Part shown: one piece after another, positions 55,296 to 64,000 of the stretch
How positions within the stretch are numbered: the stretch's first letter is position 1
Layout of the letters: each line of letters opens with the position of its first letter
Assembly: GCA_964354805.1 (NCBI GenBank)
Contig: CAYHBD010000016.1
Coordinates: 68,532-132,531, forward strand
DNA length: 64,000 nucleotides
Direction: 5' to 3'
Source of the DNA: an uncultured archaeon
GTDB taxonomy: Archaea > Iainarchaeota > Iainarchaeia > Iainarchaeales > GCA-2688035
Notes under the pieces: generated by a model
Databases searched by the model: none
Seen by the model: the letters and a program-made list of their open reading frames with translations, nothing else
Told to the model about the DNA's origin: nothing
Position numbers and translations under genes: made by a program

Positions 55296-57584
55296 CTATG
55301 CTGGCGTTGAGCATCCGTCCCCCGTGTTCCGTTGCCTTATTTTTTGCATTAATGCAAGCATGCTTATTTCTCCTCTTTTCCACTGGCTGATATATCCCAA
55401 CAGTTTTTCGTTGTCAACGCATTCTGTTATTGCCGTGTTTGTGCAGTCTGCTGCGCATGTTTCAGCGCTTTCTCCAAGCTCTGGTTCACATGTTCCGTTG
55501 CTGTTGCAAAAATTTAGTGGATTTGGGTCTTCTCCGTCCCTAATTCCATCCTTGTCTGAATCTGGGTAAAAAACATCAGTCCCAATTGCAGTTTCTTCCG
55601 TGTCTAAAAGCCCGTCGCTGTCCGAATCCGTGATGCCTGTTTTGTTTTTTCCCAAAAACTTGGCTATGCCGTATACATTGGACCTGAACGTGTTTGTGCT
55701 TATCACTTTTCTATTCACCCCGCTTAAATCGTAGTCTTCTTTCCAAAAGCCCGTTTGCGCATCAGGGGCATAGTCTCTTAGGTATGCATCAATCCCTTTG
55801 TTCACCCCATAGCCCCATGCAATGCCCTCAATATCCCAATAGCCCCTTGTTTCGGCATAAGGTTTGCTTAAATCAAGGCAGCCGGAGTAATTTGCAGGGG
55901 ACGTGCTGTCAAGGCAGGCATCTGAAATCATAAATTTGTATATGTATCCATCACCGTGATCTTGTAAGCCGTAAGATGGAATTGGGGTCACAAATTCGCC
56001 GTTTGCTTCCTCATCTATCAGGTAGTAGTTGAATCCGGCAAACCCGTACAGGCAGAGGTAGGGCTCCTCAGGGTAATAATAGTTGCAGGAAAATACCGGG
56101 TCGTTTGGATTAATTGTTGCATTTCCGCTTGGAGTGGTTGTAGTGTCATAGCTTCCTGTGGTATAGAATGTGAAAATATTTCCAGCTCCCTTTGGGTCAG
56201 GGCGCTCGTCATATGTGATGACCCTGTCTATGTAGTAGAGTGAATCCTCCAAAGCCTTTCTTATATTATCGCTGGTTGTTCCCGTTTCCTCCATTTTCTT
56301 CTCAATAAATCCCATTCTCCTAATTAGCTCAAGGCTTTCCCGCACGGCAAAGGCAGGCGGTTCAAACGGCCTTGCCGGCGTGCATTTGTCGTCCAATGCA
56401 TGGTACTGCTGGCACCAGCTCCTGTTTCCATACTCTTGGAAGACATCGGTAAGCCAGTTTAGCTGGAGATTTAAATTATTCAATGCCGAGCTGTTGCCTG
56501 TGACCTCGTAATAGCGCCATAAAAACGGCAATAGGTTTGATATGGTGCTGTCGTTTATCGGCTTGTGCAACAAATAGCCGGCAACCAGCGACCCATATCC
56601 TTGGCCTCCTGTTACTAGCCTGCTCTTGCTGCCTGCCATTAGGGGGATTCCGCCGTTTGCATAAGGCTTGAATGCCTGCCCGTTTTTGAGAGGGTGTTCC
56701 GGCGGAAGGCTGCTGATATATGCTTTGAAAGGGTGCAACCCGCTCTTGCCAGACCAGCCAACAGTGATGTCAAAATAGCTTGCCCTTATTTCAAAATCGT
56801 TTCTGTATGCTTCCACCAGATTAAAAAATTTTGTTGCCCCATCCAAAAAATCTGTTCTGTCAATTCCTTCCAATGGGTCAACAACTCCCGAAGAAAAATC
56901 AAGGTCTTTTGTTGAATCATACAACTCCAGCAAAAAAATCGCAGCTTTGGTGCTGATGCTGTCGTCAAAAGCCACCCATGCGTCTTCCCTGGATAAAAGC
57001 CCGGCAAAGTCTATATCCCCCTGCTCTTTCGGAGTTTTTATTTTGGGCAGTGCCCAGTGGCCGATTTCATTTTGGATTTTGGCGTTGCTTCTGGTCTCAG
57101 GGTTATCTGGAATTATGAATGCATAATCAATAAGGCCCCCGCTCTCAAGCTGTGGCTTTTGCGATCCGTCTTTTGGATTTGTTTCCAAGTCTTTTTGAAT
57201 TGACAACAGCGTTTTTCCGGCTTCAATCGCATACTCCAAATATAATTTGTTTCCCGTGTTTTCGTATGCCCGCAGAAAAGCCAGCCCTGCCCCGGGGATG
57301 CCTGGTTCCATAATAGAAACAAGGGGCTGGTTTGCTGCAACACTGTCGTCAACCCCCCACATTGGTTTTGAAGGGTCGTCCACTGTTTTTACCATTGGGA
57401 AGCCAACATAAGTATTGCCATCTGCGTGTTCAAACCTGCCGCCGCTTTCCCAAAAGGACTGGATAGCGGAATCGAGGTTGTCCAGCAAAATTTGGTTGTT
57501 TGAAGCTTGAGCGCCAGCTGCCCCAAGCAAAAGCGTTAGCAGAAAAGCAATTGCAATAATCTCCCCGTGGTGTTTCATTTTCAT
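55296..57584 (-). CDS. Large secreted protein: alpha/alpha-toroid-like polysaccharide-active core (weak call), TSP3-type Ca-binding repeats, Cys-rich module and shared C-terminal tag
   Basis: Signal peptide ...IIAIAFLLTLLLGAAGAQA. DSDSDGLLDTEE...DSDKDGIRDGEDPNP, CNSNGTCEPELGESAETCAADC, and tag GYISQWKRGEISMLALMQKIRQRNTGDGCSTPA. Alignment of the leaders favours the second ATG (57578) as the start. Confidence 0.7.
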   Translation of the reverse strand: MKMKHHGEIIAIAFLLTLLLGAAGAQASNNQILLDNLDSAIQSFWESGGRFEHADGNTYVGFPMVKTVDDPSKPMWGVDDSVAANQPLVSIMEPGIPGAGLAFLRAYENTGNKLYLEYAIEAGKTLLSIQKDLETNPKDGSQKPQLESGGLIDYAFIIPDNPETRSNAKIQNEIGHWALPKIKTPKEQGDIDFAGLLSREDAWVAFDDSISTKAAIFLLELYDSTKDLDFSSGVVDPLEGIDRTDFLDGATKFFNLVEAYRNDFEIRASYFDITVGWSGKSGLHPFKAYISSLPPEHPLKNGQAFKPYANGGIPLMAGSKSRLVTGGQGYGSLVAGYLLHKPINDSTISNLLPFLWRYYEVTGNSSALNNLNLQLNWLTDVFQEYGNRSWCQQYHALDDKCTPARPFEPPAFAVRESLELIRRMGFIEKKMEETGTTSDNIRKALEDSLYYIDRVITYDERPDPKGAGNIFTFYTTGSYDTTTTPSGNATINPNDPVFSCNYYYPEEPYLCLYGFAGFNYYLIDEEANGEFVTPIPSYGLQDHGDGYIYKFMISDACLDSTSPANYSGCLDLSKPYAETRGYWDIEGIAWGYGVNKGIDAYLRDYAPDAQTGFWKEDYDLSGVNRKVISTNTFRSNVYGIAKFLGKNKTGITDSDSDGLLDTEETAIGTDVFYPDSDKDGIRDGEDPNPLNFCNSNGTCEPELGESAETCAADCTNTAITECVDNEKLLGYISQWKRGEISMLALMQKIRQRNTGDGCSTPA

Positions 57585-57619
57585 TCAATTAGAATAAGCA
57601 CTTTGTTTAATAAAAATTT
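57579..57619 (-). promoter_or_regulatory. Conserved promoter/leader, copy C
   Basis: Gene-sense AAATTTTTATTAAACAAAGTGCTTATTCTAATTGAATGAAA|ATG. Confidence 0.6.
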
Positions 57620-57639
57620 TGTTGTCGCCCAAAAGCGCT

Positions 57640-59286
57640 TCAAACTTCCATTTCAAGCACCGCTGTCGGCATCTGCAAACCGAAATTCTGCAGAACAGCT
57701 TTGCTAACCTCTCCAAGCAAACCCTTTTTGTTCCCGATTTTTATTGCAGCACTTTTTCCCGCAACAAATGCGGCATTATTCAATTCCTGCAGCTCATACT
57801 GCAATCCAAGGTGCTCTGCTATTGCCTGCAGCACGCTCTTTATCACTGTGAATTCCGCTTCCTTGCCGCACAATGCAATGCAGAGTTTGGTTTTTTCCGC
57901 AACAGCTGTTTCGCTTTTTGGCTCCAATTCAACCGTTTTTCCCAATTCAAAAATCTTCTGTGGATATGCATAGTGCTTGTTTGCTGCAAGGAAATCAAGC
58001 AGCTCTGGGAACAGATGCTTTCTGAAAACAGTGTAGCTCAGGCTCACTGGGTTTGCCAACTCGACAAACTGTTCTTTCTCCGCATCCAATCCAATCATTG
58101 CAGCCTGCTTTTCCTTGTTTGTCATTGTGTAAGTAAGCACTTCCTGCAGGCCAAGCCCAATGCACACTTCTCTCACCAAATCGATTTGCCTTGTTTCATC
58201 CCTCTCCTTTCCAACTGTTGCAAGCTTTATCTGCAAAGGCTGGATTTTGTTATAGCCGTAAGAAATCAAAACATCCTCAATCACATCAACAGGGTGCAGA
58301 ATGTCCTGCCTGTACGCCGGATAAGCGCATTCAAGCATTGCCCCTTTTTCTTTTACCTCATACCTTGCCTTCTGCAGCAATTCGATTATTTCCTTATTTC
58401 CCAAATCCAACCCGCTGAATTCCTTAATATCCTGAATTTTTACATTCACTTTTTTCGGCGAAAAATCAGGCGTTTCAATTTTCTTGTTCGGATAGCGAAC
58501 CGCAACACTGTAAATGCTGAAACCCCTTTCTGCAAGCGCCGACACCATTACATTCAAAGCAGTGTTAACCGTTTCCTGCTCAAAGCCTGTTACCTCAACC
58601 AGCATCTCTTTTGTTGCCTCGCTTACTTTTCCGGTGAGCTGGGAATTAATTATTGGCGGCATTGATGCAACAACCAGATTGCTGTCCTCAAGGATTGGGA
58701 ACCTGTCACTGCCCTGCAACAGGTGCGCGTACTCTTTCCCTGTCGGATGCTCCTGCAATATCTCCAGCAAATCCATTTCAACCTTGTACTCCAGTGGAAT
58801 GAATTTTTTCTCCCTTGGCTTATATGCGCGATAGTGCATTGGAGGTAGTAGCTTGCTCCAGTCATACAATCCAATTGCTGCCTCTTTTCTTTTCCTTCCA
58901 AAAGTCAGGCAGACCTTTTCCTGAAGCTGAATCATCTGCACAAGGAATTCCTCTGTCACTTTCACATTTTTCACAATTGCAGCAGCAATGCACGGCCTGA
59001 CGCCTGCAACGCTTTTGTCAACAATCAATTCAACCCCGCTTTTCTTTACAGAATATTTTGGAATTCCCCTTTCTTTGGTAAGCCTGCCTCTCAATTCGCG
59101 GGCAATTCCCTCAGCGCTGAGCAAATCTGGCCTGTTTGAGTCCTTTACCTCGACAGTAATGCTATCCCCCTCGGCAGAATCCACCTCGCTTTTCGCATAC
59201 ATTACAGCCTCTTTGAATTCAGCAAGCGAAAGCTTTTTTCCAACCAGCTTCTGCATGTCACGCAAGCTGACATTTACGTTTGGCAT
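57640..59286 (-). CDS. pheT: Phenylalanyl-tRNA synthetase beta subunit (archaeal type)
   Basis: Start at ATG 59284-59286 (MPNVNVSLRDMQKLVGKKLS...), typical of the archaeal PheT N-terminus, with B3/4 and B5 domains. The upstream 38 codons of the track ORF overlap the neighbouring gene. Confidence 0.9.
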   Translation of the reverse strand: MPNVNVSLRDMQKLVGKKLSLAEFKEAVMYAKSEVDSAEGDSITVEVKDSNRPDLLSAEGIARELRGRLTKERGIPKYSVKKSGVELIVDKSVAGVRPCIAAAIVKNVKVTEEFLVQMIQLQEKVCLTFGRKRKEAAIGLYDWSKLLPPMHYRAYKPREKKFIPLEYKVEMDLLEILQEHPTGKEYAHLLQGSDRFPILEDSNLVVASMPPIINSQLTGKVSEATKEMLVEVTGFEQETVNTALNVMVSALAERGFSIYSVAVRYPNKKIETPDFSPKKVNVKIQDIKEFSGLDLGNKEIIELLQKARYEVKEKGAMLECAYPAYRQDILHPVDVIEDVLISYGYNKIQPLQIKLATVGKERDETRQIDLVREVCIGLGLQEVLTYTMTNKEKQAAMIGLDAEKEQFVELANPVSLSYTVFRKHLFPELLDFLAANKHYAYPQKIFELGKTVELEPKSETAVAEKTKLCIALCGKEAEFTVIKSVLQAIAEHLGLQYELQELNNAAFVAGKSAAIKIGNKKGLLGEVSKAVLQNFGLQMPTAVLEMEV

Positions 59287-59287
59287 T

Positions 59288-60283
59288 TCACTCAACCCTT
59301 CCTTTTTGAAATTCTTTTTTGCATAGCGGGCATTTGTAGCGCCGATATTTTCTATTCTCTTGCTTTGTAAAACCGTTTCTCCAAACTTTTTTGTGTCCAC
59401 AATGAATGCAGGGAATATCTATTGTGCCCAAATTTTTCTTTTTTAAAAGTTTTTTCTCATCATTACTCTTTTCATATTTTATAATGCGTAATTTAGCCTC
59501 CCGCTTTTCTTCATGTTTAGAAAAAGGCAATAATGTGTCTGCTAACTTTACAATATCCTTATGGTTCGTCATCATAACCCGGTATAAGTCAAAGTTGCAC
59601 TTCCGTGTCCCATAAACGCCTTTTTTTCTAACCAAATAAAGATGCGAGTTAAACCCAAGCCCTTTTAGTTTTTGATTAATCTGTTCCAAAATTGTTTTAT
59701 CACAGGTGCCCAGACTAAAAACAAGATCTTTCCATTTCCCGCCGTATTTCTTATGTTCGGTTATTATCCAGCTGGCTTCACTGTCACAGTACCCCGCTAA
59801 AAACGAGTAGAATGCCCCTTCGTCATTTAAGATCCAATCCGGAATTGATTTTGGTTTTTCTATTAAAAAGTCAAATGAAGGGTGCAGATAACAATTTATT
59901 TTTCGGCTTTTCTCGGTAAAGCCCCCCTTTGCCTCGTATTCATTGACATGAGAATATTTTTCAAAGGCATCTCTAAACATTTGCATTTGCGCTTTTTTTG
60001 GGGATGTAGTGCAGGCAACTACTAACCTGCAGTGTTTTTGGGCACTAACATCACCGGTTCTTAATCCAATTAAATATGCTTTTTCAATTAAGTTTCCGTC
60101 GAATGTGTGTCTTGTGAGATTTTTTCTGTCAGACGGTCGCCTAGCCACCTTGAATCGTTCCATATGGTAGGCAATACTCCCTTTGGATTTCATGCCGTAC
60201 ATTTTTGCAATCTTGAAAAGGGAAAGTTCTTTTTTCCAATACAAATCCTCCAACACTTCTTTTGATATTTCTTCTCTATTCAT
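59288..60283 (-). CDS. Free-standing LAGLIDADG homing-endonuclease-like protein with N-terminal HTH and C-terminal zinc ribbon
   Basis: Motifs AYLIGLRTGDVSA and FLAGYCDSEASW. C-terminal CIHCGHKKV...YKCPLCKKEF. SD GGTGGGAG lies 4 nt before the ATG. The stop lies 1 nt before the pheT ATG. Confidence 0.6.
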   Translation of the reverse strand: MNREEISKEVLEDLYWKKELSLFKIAKMYGMKSKGSIAYHMERFKVARRPSDRKNLTRHTFDGNLIEKAYLIGLRTGDVSAQKHCRLVVACTTSPKKAQMQMFRDAFEKYSHVNEYEAKGGFTEKSRKINCYLHPSFDFLIEKPKSIPDWILNDEGAFYSFLAGYCDSEASWIITEHKKYGGKWKDLVFSLGTCDKTILEQINQKLKGLGFNSHLYLVRKKGVYGTRKCNFDLYRVMMTNHKDIVKLADTLLPFSKHEEKREAKLRIIKYEKSNDEKKLLKKKNLGTIDIPCIHCGHKKVWRNGFTKQENRKYRRYKCPLCKKEFQKGRVE

Positions 60284-60295
60284 ACTCCCACCGAT

Positions 60296-60439
60296 TTACC
60301 TCTTGACCGTTACTTCCAATATCTCCTTTTCTTTTACTTTGAATTTCTTAACTATCCTTGATGGAATTGTTATAACTAATGCATTTCCTGTTTTCCAAAC
60401 CTTTGCATCAAATATTCTATGCAGCCCCACACTTATCAC
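60296..60439 (-). CDS. AbrB/SpoVT/MazE-like swapped-hairpin small protein (47 aa, GTG start); not in the ORF track
   Basis: Own translation: VISVGLHRIFDAKVWKTGNALVITIPSRIVKKFKVKEKEILEVTVKR. K-x-G-N-S/A-x-x-V/I-x-I-P is the AbrB-type motif. Confidence 0.45.
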   Translation of the reverse strand: MISVGLHRIFDAKVWKTGNALVITIPSRIVKKFKVKEKEILEVTVKR

Positions 60440-60447
60440 GTAAATAC

Positions 60448-60470
60448 TTTGTATATACAAATATTAAAAA
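60448..60470 (-). promoter_or_regulatory. TATA-like box plus perfect 14-bp palindrome upstream of the AbrB-like ORF
   Basis: Gene-sense TTTTTAATATTTGTATATACAAAGTATTTAC|GTG. TTTGTATATACAAA (60448-60461) is its own reverse complement. The spacing fits a leaderless transcript starting near the GTG. Confidence 0.45.
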
Positions 60471-60479
60471 GGTTTTCTC

Positions 60480-61949
60480 TTAATTCGTCACCATTGGCGC
60501 GTTTCTCAACCATTGCAGGTCTTTGCTAAACAATTGCCGTATGTCTTCAATGCCCAGCTTAATCATCGCCAGCCTATCTACACCAATGCCCCATGCTATT
60601 ACTGGTTCTTTAATTCCCAAAGGCAGAGTAAGCTCTGGCCTGAAAATTCCTGCGCCAGCTACCTCCATCCAACCAATCTTTGGGTGTTCAATGTAAAGTT
60701 CGCAACTTGGTTCGGTGAAAGGGAAGTACCCACTTGTGAATTTTACTTTTTTTGCTCCAGCCATTTCAATTGCAAGTTGTTTTAAAATGCCAAGCAAGTG
60801 CCTAAATGTCAGGCTTTTGTCTATTATTATTCCTTCTAACTGATTAAATTCAATCAAGTGCCGTGCGTCAACTATATCGGGTCTGTAACATCTTGCAATC
60901 GTAAAGTATTTTCCCGGCACTTCAACTCCTTCTACAAGCTGCCTTGCACTGTGGGCAGTCCCGTGTGCAGCCGGCATCAACCTGCTTGCAATCTGTTCGC
61001 TCCACTTATAGCGCCATCCCCTGCTTCCAGTGCCTGCCCCATTCTCGTGCGCTGCCTTCACTCTTTCAACAATTTTTTTGTCAGGCAGCTTTCCGAATTT
61101 CGGCTGCTTTAATTGGTAAGTGTCAGTCCAGCTTCTTGCAGGATGATTCTGCGGCTGGAAGAGAGCATCAAAGTTGTAGAATTCCTGCACAATAAGCCTT
61201 TCCTGCATTTCCTGAAAGCCAAGAGAAACAAGCTTTCTCCTCAACTGGTTCAGGAACTGCACATAGGGCTGCCTTTTTCCGATAATTATTTTCGGGACAG
61301 CGCCCTCAATATTGTACGTTCTTTCCTTTACATCGGCAAGCAATTGCAATGCCTCTTCCCCTGATTTGTTCAGCCTTGCTTTCTCTTCAGTTTTTTCAAT
61401 TCTTTCAACCAGGCTCCTCCTCATTGCCTCGCTTAATGCTGCATTCTCTTCCTTCCCAAGCTCTTCCCCTGAAGAGATTTTTTTCAGCAGCCCTTCCACC
61501 ACATACTTTCCTTCAATCAGCTGTTTTTCCAATCCTGTGAATTCAAGCATTGTTTCCTCGCCAGGCATTACGCTCACCCAGGCATTCCTTTTTGTAATTC
61601 CCATTGCAACATTTAGCTCCGGGGCATTCAGGCTGCTTTTGCCCTTAACCTGCTGCAGTGTTCCCTTGCCCCCTAGCGCCTGCAGTGCCTCAACGAACAA
61701 TCTTTCAGGCAGGCCGTTGCCCAAGCTGGTTTTTCCCATCGCTGTTAGAACAAGCAGGCTTTTCTTTTCCTCACTTAATTCAATCAGGCCCTTCTCCTTG
61801 AGCCACTGCACCGCCCTCCTCACGCTGTCAATGGGCAGGTCGCTTTCCTTGCTTATCCCTTCCGCTCCCTTAAAGCTGCCGCTGTCAAGTGCCCTCAGTG
61901 TTCTTGCCTCGATTTCGCTCAGGCTCTGTACTGTTTTTTGTAAATCCAC
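60480..61949 (-). CDS. pheS: Phenylalanyl-tRNA synthetase alpha subunit (archaeal/eukaryal type)
   Basis: 489 aa. N-terminal wHTH repeats and class II motifs (FQPQNHPARS, YFPFTEPS, GIGVDRLAM). Confidence 0.92.
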   Translation of the reverse strand: MDLQKTVQSLSEIEARTLRALDSGSFKGAEGISKESDLPIDSVRRAVQWLKEKGLIELSEEKKSLLVLTAMGKTSLGNGLPERLFVEALQALGGKGTLQQVKGKSSLNAPELNVAMGITKRNAWVSVMPGEETMLEFTGLEKQLIEGKYVVEGLLKKISSGEELGKEENAALSEAMRRSLVERIEKTEEKARLNKSGEEALQLLADVKERTYNIEGAVPKIIIGKRQPYVQFLNQLRRKLVSLGFQEMQERLIVQEFYNFDALFQPQNHPARSWTDTYQLKQPKFGKLPDKKIVERVKAAHENGAGTGSRGWRYKWSEQIASRLMPAAHGTAHSARQLVEGVEVPGKYFTIARCYRPDIVDARHLIEFNQLEGIIIDKSLTFRHLLGILKQLAIEMAGAKKVKFTSGYFPFTEPSCELYIEHPKIGWMEVAGAGIFRPELTLPLGIKEPVIAWGIGVDRLAMIKLGIEDIRQLFSKDLQWLRNAPMVTN

Positions 61950-62024
61950 TTTGAACCACTTTTTGATAATTGAATATTATAAGAACATTAAAACCATTTT
62001 TTAATATTTGCAATGCAAGTGGTT

Positions 62025-62064
62025 AAGTTTTTATTCAGGGAATTGCTTATTGTAATTGATTGAA
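62025..62064 (+). promoter_or_regulatory. Conserved promoter/leader, copy D
   Basis: AAGTTTTTATTCAGGGAATTGCTTATTGTAATTGATTGAA|ATG. Confidence 0.55.
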
Positions 62065-64000
62065 ATGAAGCATCTGCTTGTGTTTCTGTTAATTGCAATG
62101 CTGTTTATTACCGCTGCTACTGCTGCGCAAAGCTGCGTAGCAGCCCCTGGCGCGGAAAACCTTATAGTTAACGGGGATTTGGAATTGGGCAGCGGTGATG
62201 TCCCCGAGTGCTGGTATAAAACTGGTGATGACTCAATTAATAATATCTTGTTGTGGGTTGCTGACCCCTTTTCAGAAGGCCATGGGAAGGTTCTTTATTC
62301 TGAATTCACTGGAGTTGGGGTGAAAACCTCTTTTCGCTGGTATCAGGTTGTTGAAGGGCTAGAACCAAACACTTGGTATGAGCTATCAGCAGACATGGCC
62401 TTTAAGGATATGGTTCCGCTCATAGACCTTAACCAAGAGATGGATGAAGATTCTGTTGCTGTTGGAATAGCTGGGGCCACCTTTGGGAAGCTACGATACC
62501 CGCTTTATATTATGGGGTTAGAATATGGTGAATGGGATGAAGACGTTTGGGTTTACAGAACCTACAAAGAGAAAAGCCAGGGCTGGGCAAAACTAACGAC
62601 GTATTTTAAAACGGATGAAGGCGTGGACAGAATGACCATAAGGACACTCAACTATCCAAAAGGAAAATTATACGTTGACAATCTTGTCCTAAAAAAGGCT
62701 GGAGAAAGGAATTCGTTCAAGAAATCAGGCACGTTGGAATTTTTAAAATACAAGGGCAAGGATTTTTTTCCAATTGTTCTCCGGGATTATCCGGTGGACG
62801 CAGCCGGGACGCCTTTATCATTAAGTGAAATAAAAGCAGCAGGGTTTAACACTGTTAATGCACTAGGCTATCCATCAATAAAAGAAGCATCACTTGAAAA
62901 CAATCTGGTTCTAATGATGCAGCTTAATGAGTTTCTATATAAGGAGGGCGACTCTCTAGATAGACAGTCTTGGGTTTATGACCCAAGCCATTCAATAAAT
63001 TACCAGGGGGCAAGGATAATTAAAGAGCGTATTGATAAATGGGGTAACGTTGAAAACGTTGAAAACTTTTTATTCTTTGCCGGCATGGATGAAATTACAT
63101 GCAAACCAGTGAGAAGGGGGGCACTCTTGCCCCAACTGGAGTCATTTAAAAAAATAAAAGAATACATAGGTGCCAATGCCCCCGGAAAATACATTAGATA
63201 CAACTTTTGCGGAAATTACTCCCCCTACACTGGCATAGCCCAACACTTTGCCGATTATTATTTTCCAACAATGGATATTGTGACCTTTAATCAAAACATG
63301 CCTCAAGCATACCCTCAAACAGAAAAACCAAGAGAACTGGGAAAAGGGGGGGAAATCGCGAGATTGCTATTAGACCTATCTTACACATCAGGTGCCCCAA
63401 AAAACATTTTTGCCGTTGCCTTGGGCGTGCGCGAATGGTCTACCTGGGACGGCGTTCATGACTCTGACAACCCTTATATTGGAAAACTTCCATTTAATTT
63501 GCAAAGATTTCAAGTTTGGGACCAGATAATAAACGGGGCAACTGGATTAATAGTCCTTAATTTTGGAGACAATCAATATTATGATTACAGAATAAACTTA
63601 GACAAGCCTCTTGACGATTACCACTGGCAGCAAATCAAAACCATCTCAAAAGAAGCAGCCGCCCTTTACGACGTTCTCCTGGAAAAAGATTTCTACAATG
63701 AATGGCAGGCAAGCGATAACAGAATAGAAGCAATGATGAAGAAGCATGCTGGCAAAATCTATCTTTTCACTGCAAGCACGCACTATGAAGACATTCACGA
63801 TGTAATAATCACTCTCAATAGTCAGTACACAATAAAATCAGTGAAAGCACTCAATGACATAATCAACGGAGACATAACAAACCCAATTGATAGACCAATT
63901 ACACCAGCAACAGCAAACAGTTTTGTCGACGACTTTGTTGGGGACGACGGCTCGCATGCATCTGCAGTAAGCCCTGGATATGCTGTGCACATTTACGAGA
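62065..64000 (+). CDS. Secreted CBM-plus-glycoside-hydrolase-like protein; 3' end runs off the window (not in the ORF track)
   Basis: Own translation: MKHLLVFLLIAMLFITAATAAQS (signal peptide), NLIVNGDLELGSGDVPECWY (CBM4/9/22-like start), then a long alpha/beta region. The frame is open to base 64000. Confidence 0.65.
   Translation, partial: MKHLLVFLLIAMLFITAATAAQSCVAAPGAENLIVNGDLELGSGDVPECWYKTGDDSINNILLWVADPFSEGHGKVLYSEFTGVGVKTSFRWYQVVEGLEPNTWYELSADMAFKDMVPLIDLNQEMDEDSVAVGIAGATFGKLRYPLYIMGLEYGEWDEDVWVYRTYKEKSQGWAKLTTYFKTDEGVDRMTIRTLNYPKGKLYVDNLVLKKAGERNSFKKSGTLEFLKYKGKDFFPIVLRDYPVDAAGTPLSLSEIKAAGFNTVNALGYPSIKEASLENNLVLMMQLNEFLYKEGDSLDRQSWVYDPSHSINYQGARIIKERIDKWGNVENVENFLFFAGMDEITCKPVRRGALLPQLESFKKIKEYIGANAPGKYIRYNFCGNYSPYTGIAQHFADYYFPTMDIVTFNQNMPQAYPQTEKPRELGKGGEIARLLLDLSYTSGAPKNIFAVALGVREWSTWDGVHDSDNPYIGKLPFNLQRFQVWDQIINGATGLIVLNFGDNQYYDYRINLDKPLDDYHWQQIKTISKEAAALYDVLLEKDFYNEWQASDNRIEAMMKKHAGKIYLFTASTHYEDIHDVIITLNSQYTIKSVKALNDIINGDITNPIDRPITPATANSFVDDFVGDDGSHASAVSPGYAVHIYE

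Noticed and set aside
57619-58665. 348-aa plus-strand ORF
   Set aside because: It is antisense to pheT, whose product has an unambiguous PheRS beta sequence.
1-64000. tRNA, rRNA, SRP or RNase P genes
   Set aside because: I inspected all spacers longer than about 100 nt (e.g. 1753-1863, 16501-16636, 18365-18478, 20979-21178, 21974-22093, 53359-53569). I saw no cloverleaf with a GTTCRAATC-type T-arm and no rRNA-like conserved blocks. A tRNAscan/Infernal run would be needed to be certain.

Overview
Densely coded, moderately AT-rich archaeal chromosome segment. The gene set looks like a small-genome DPANN-type archaeon; that lineage call is an inference from gene content only. All calls come from reading the sequence and recalling family motifs. 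No searches were run.

Housekeeping genes recognised:
- ABCE1 (partial, runs off the left edge)
- bacterial-type iPGM (gpmI)
- ThrRS
- pyruvoyl arginine decarboxylase (PdaD)
- RFC small and large subunits
- MiaB/MtaB-like radical-SAM methylthiotransferase
- an Lrp/AsnC regulator
- type IA topoisomerase
- CDC48/VCP, interrupted by a 437-aa LAGLIDADG intein
- M50 protease
- endonuclease IV
- Orc1/Cdc6
- YchF-like GTPase
- archaeal PheRS alpha and beta

Accessory content:
1. Two type IV pilus (Tad/archaeal) loci carry about 15 proteins with class III signal peptides. With them are an A24 prepilin peptidase, two separate T2SS-F genes and a FlaI/TadA-like ATPase.
2. Four large secreted glycoside-hydrolase/CBM-like proteins share a near-identical 40-nt promoter/leader. 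Three of them also share a near-identical roughly 35-aa C-terminal tag (the fourth is truncated by the window edge).
3. Besides the intein there are three free-standing LAGLIDADG-type genes. One, together with an AbrB-like gene, is wedged between pheS and pheT.
4. A same-strand two-hairpin repeat element occurs in eight copies. Two copies sit in frame inside pilin leader peptides.
5. Several structured non-coding stretches are present.

No rRNA, tRNA or CRISPR array was recognised.
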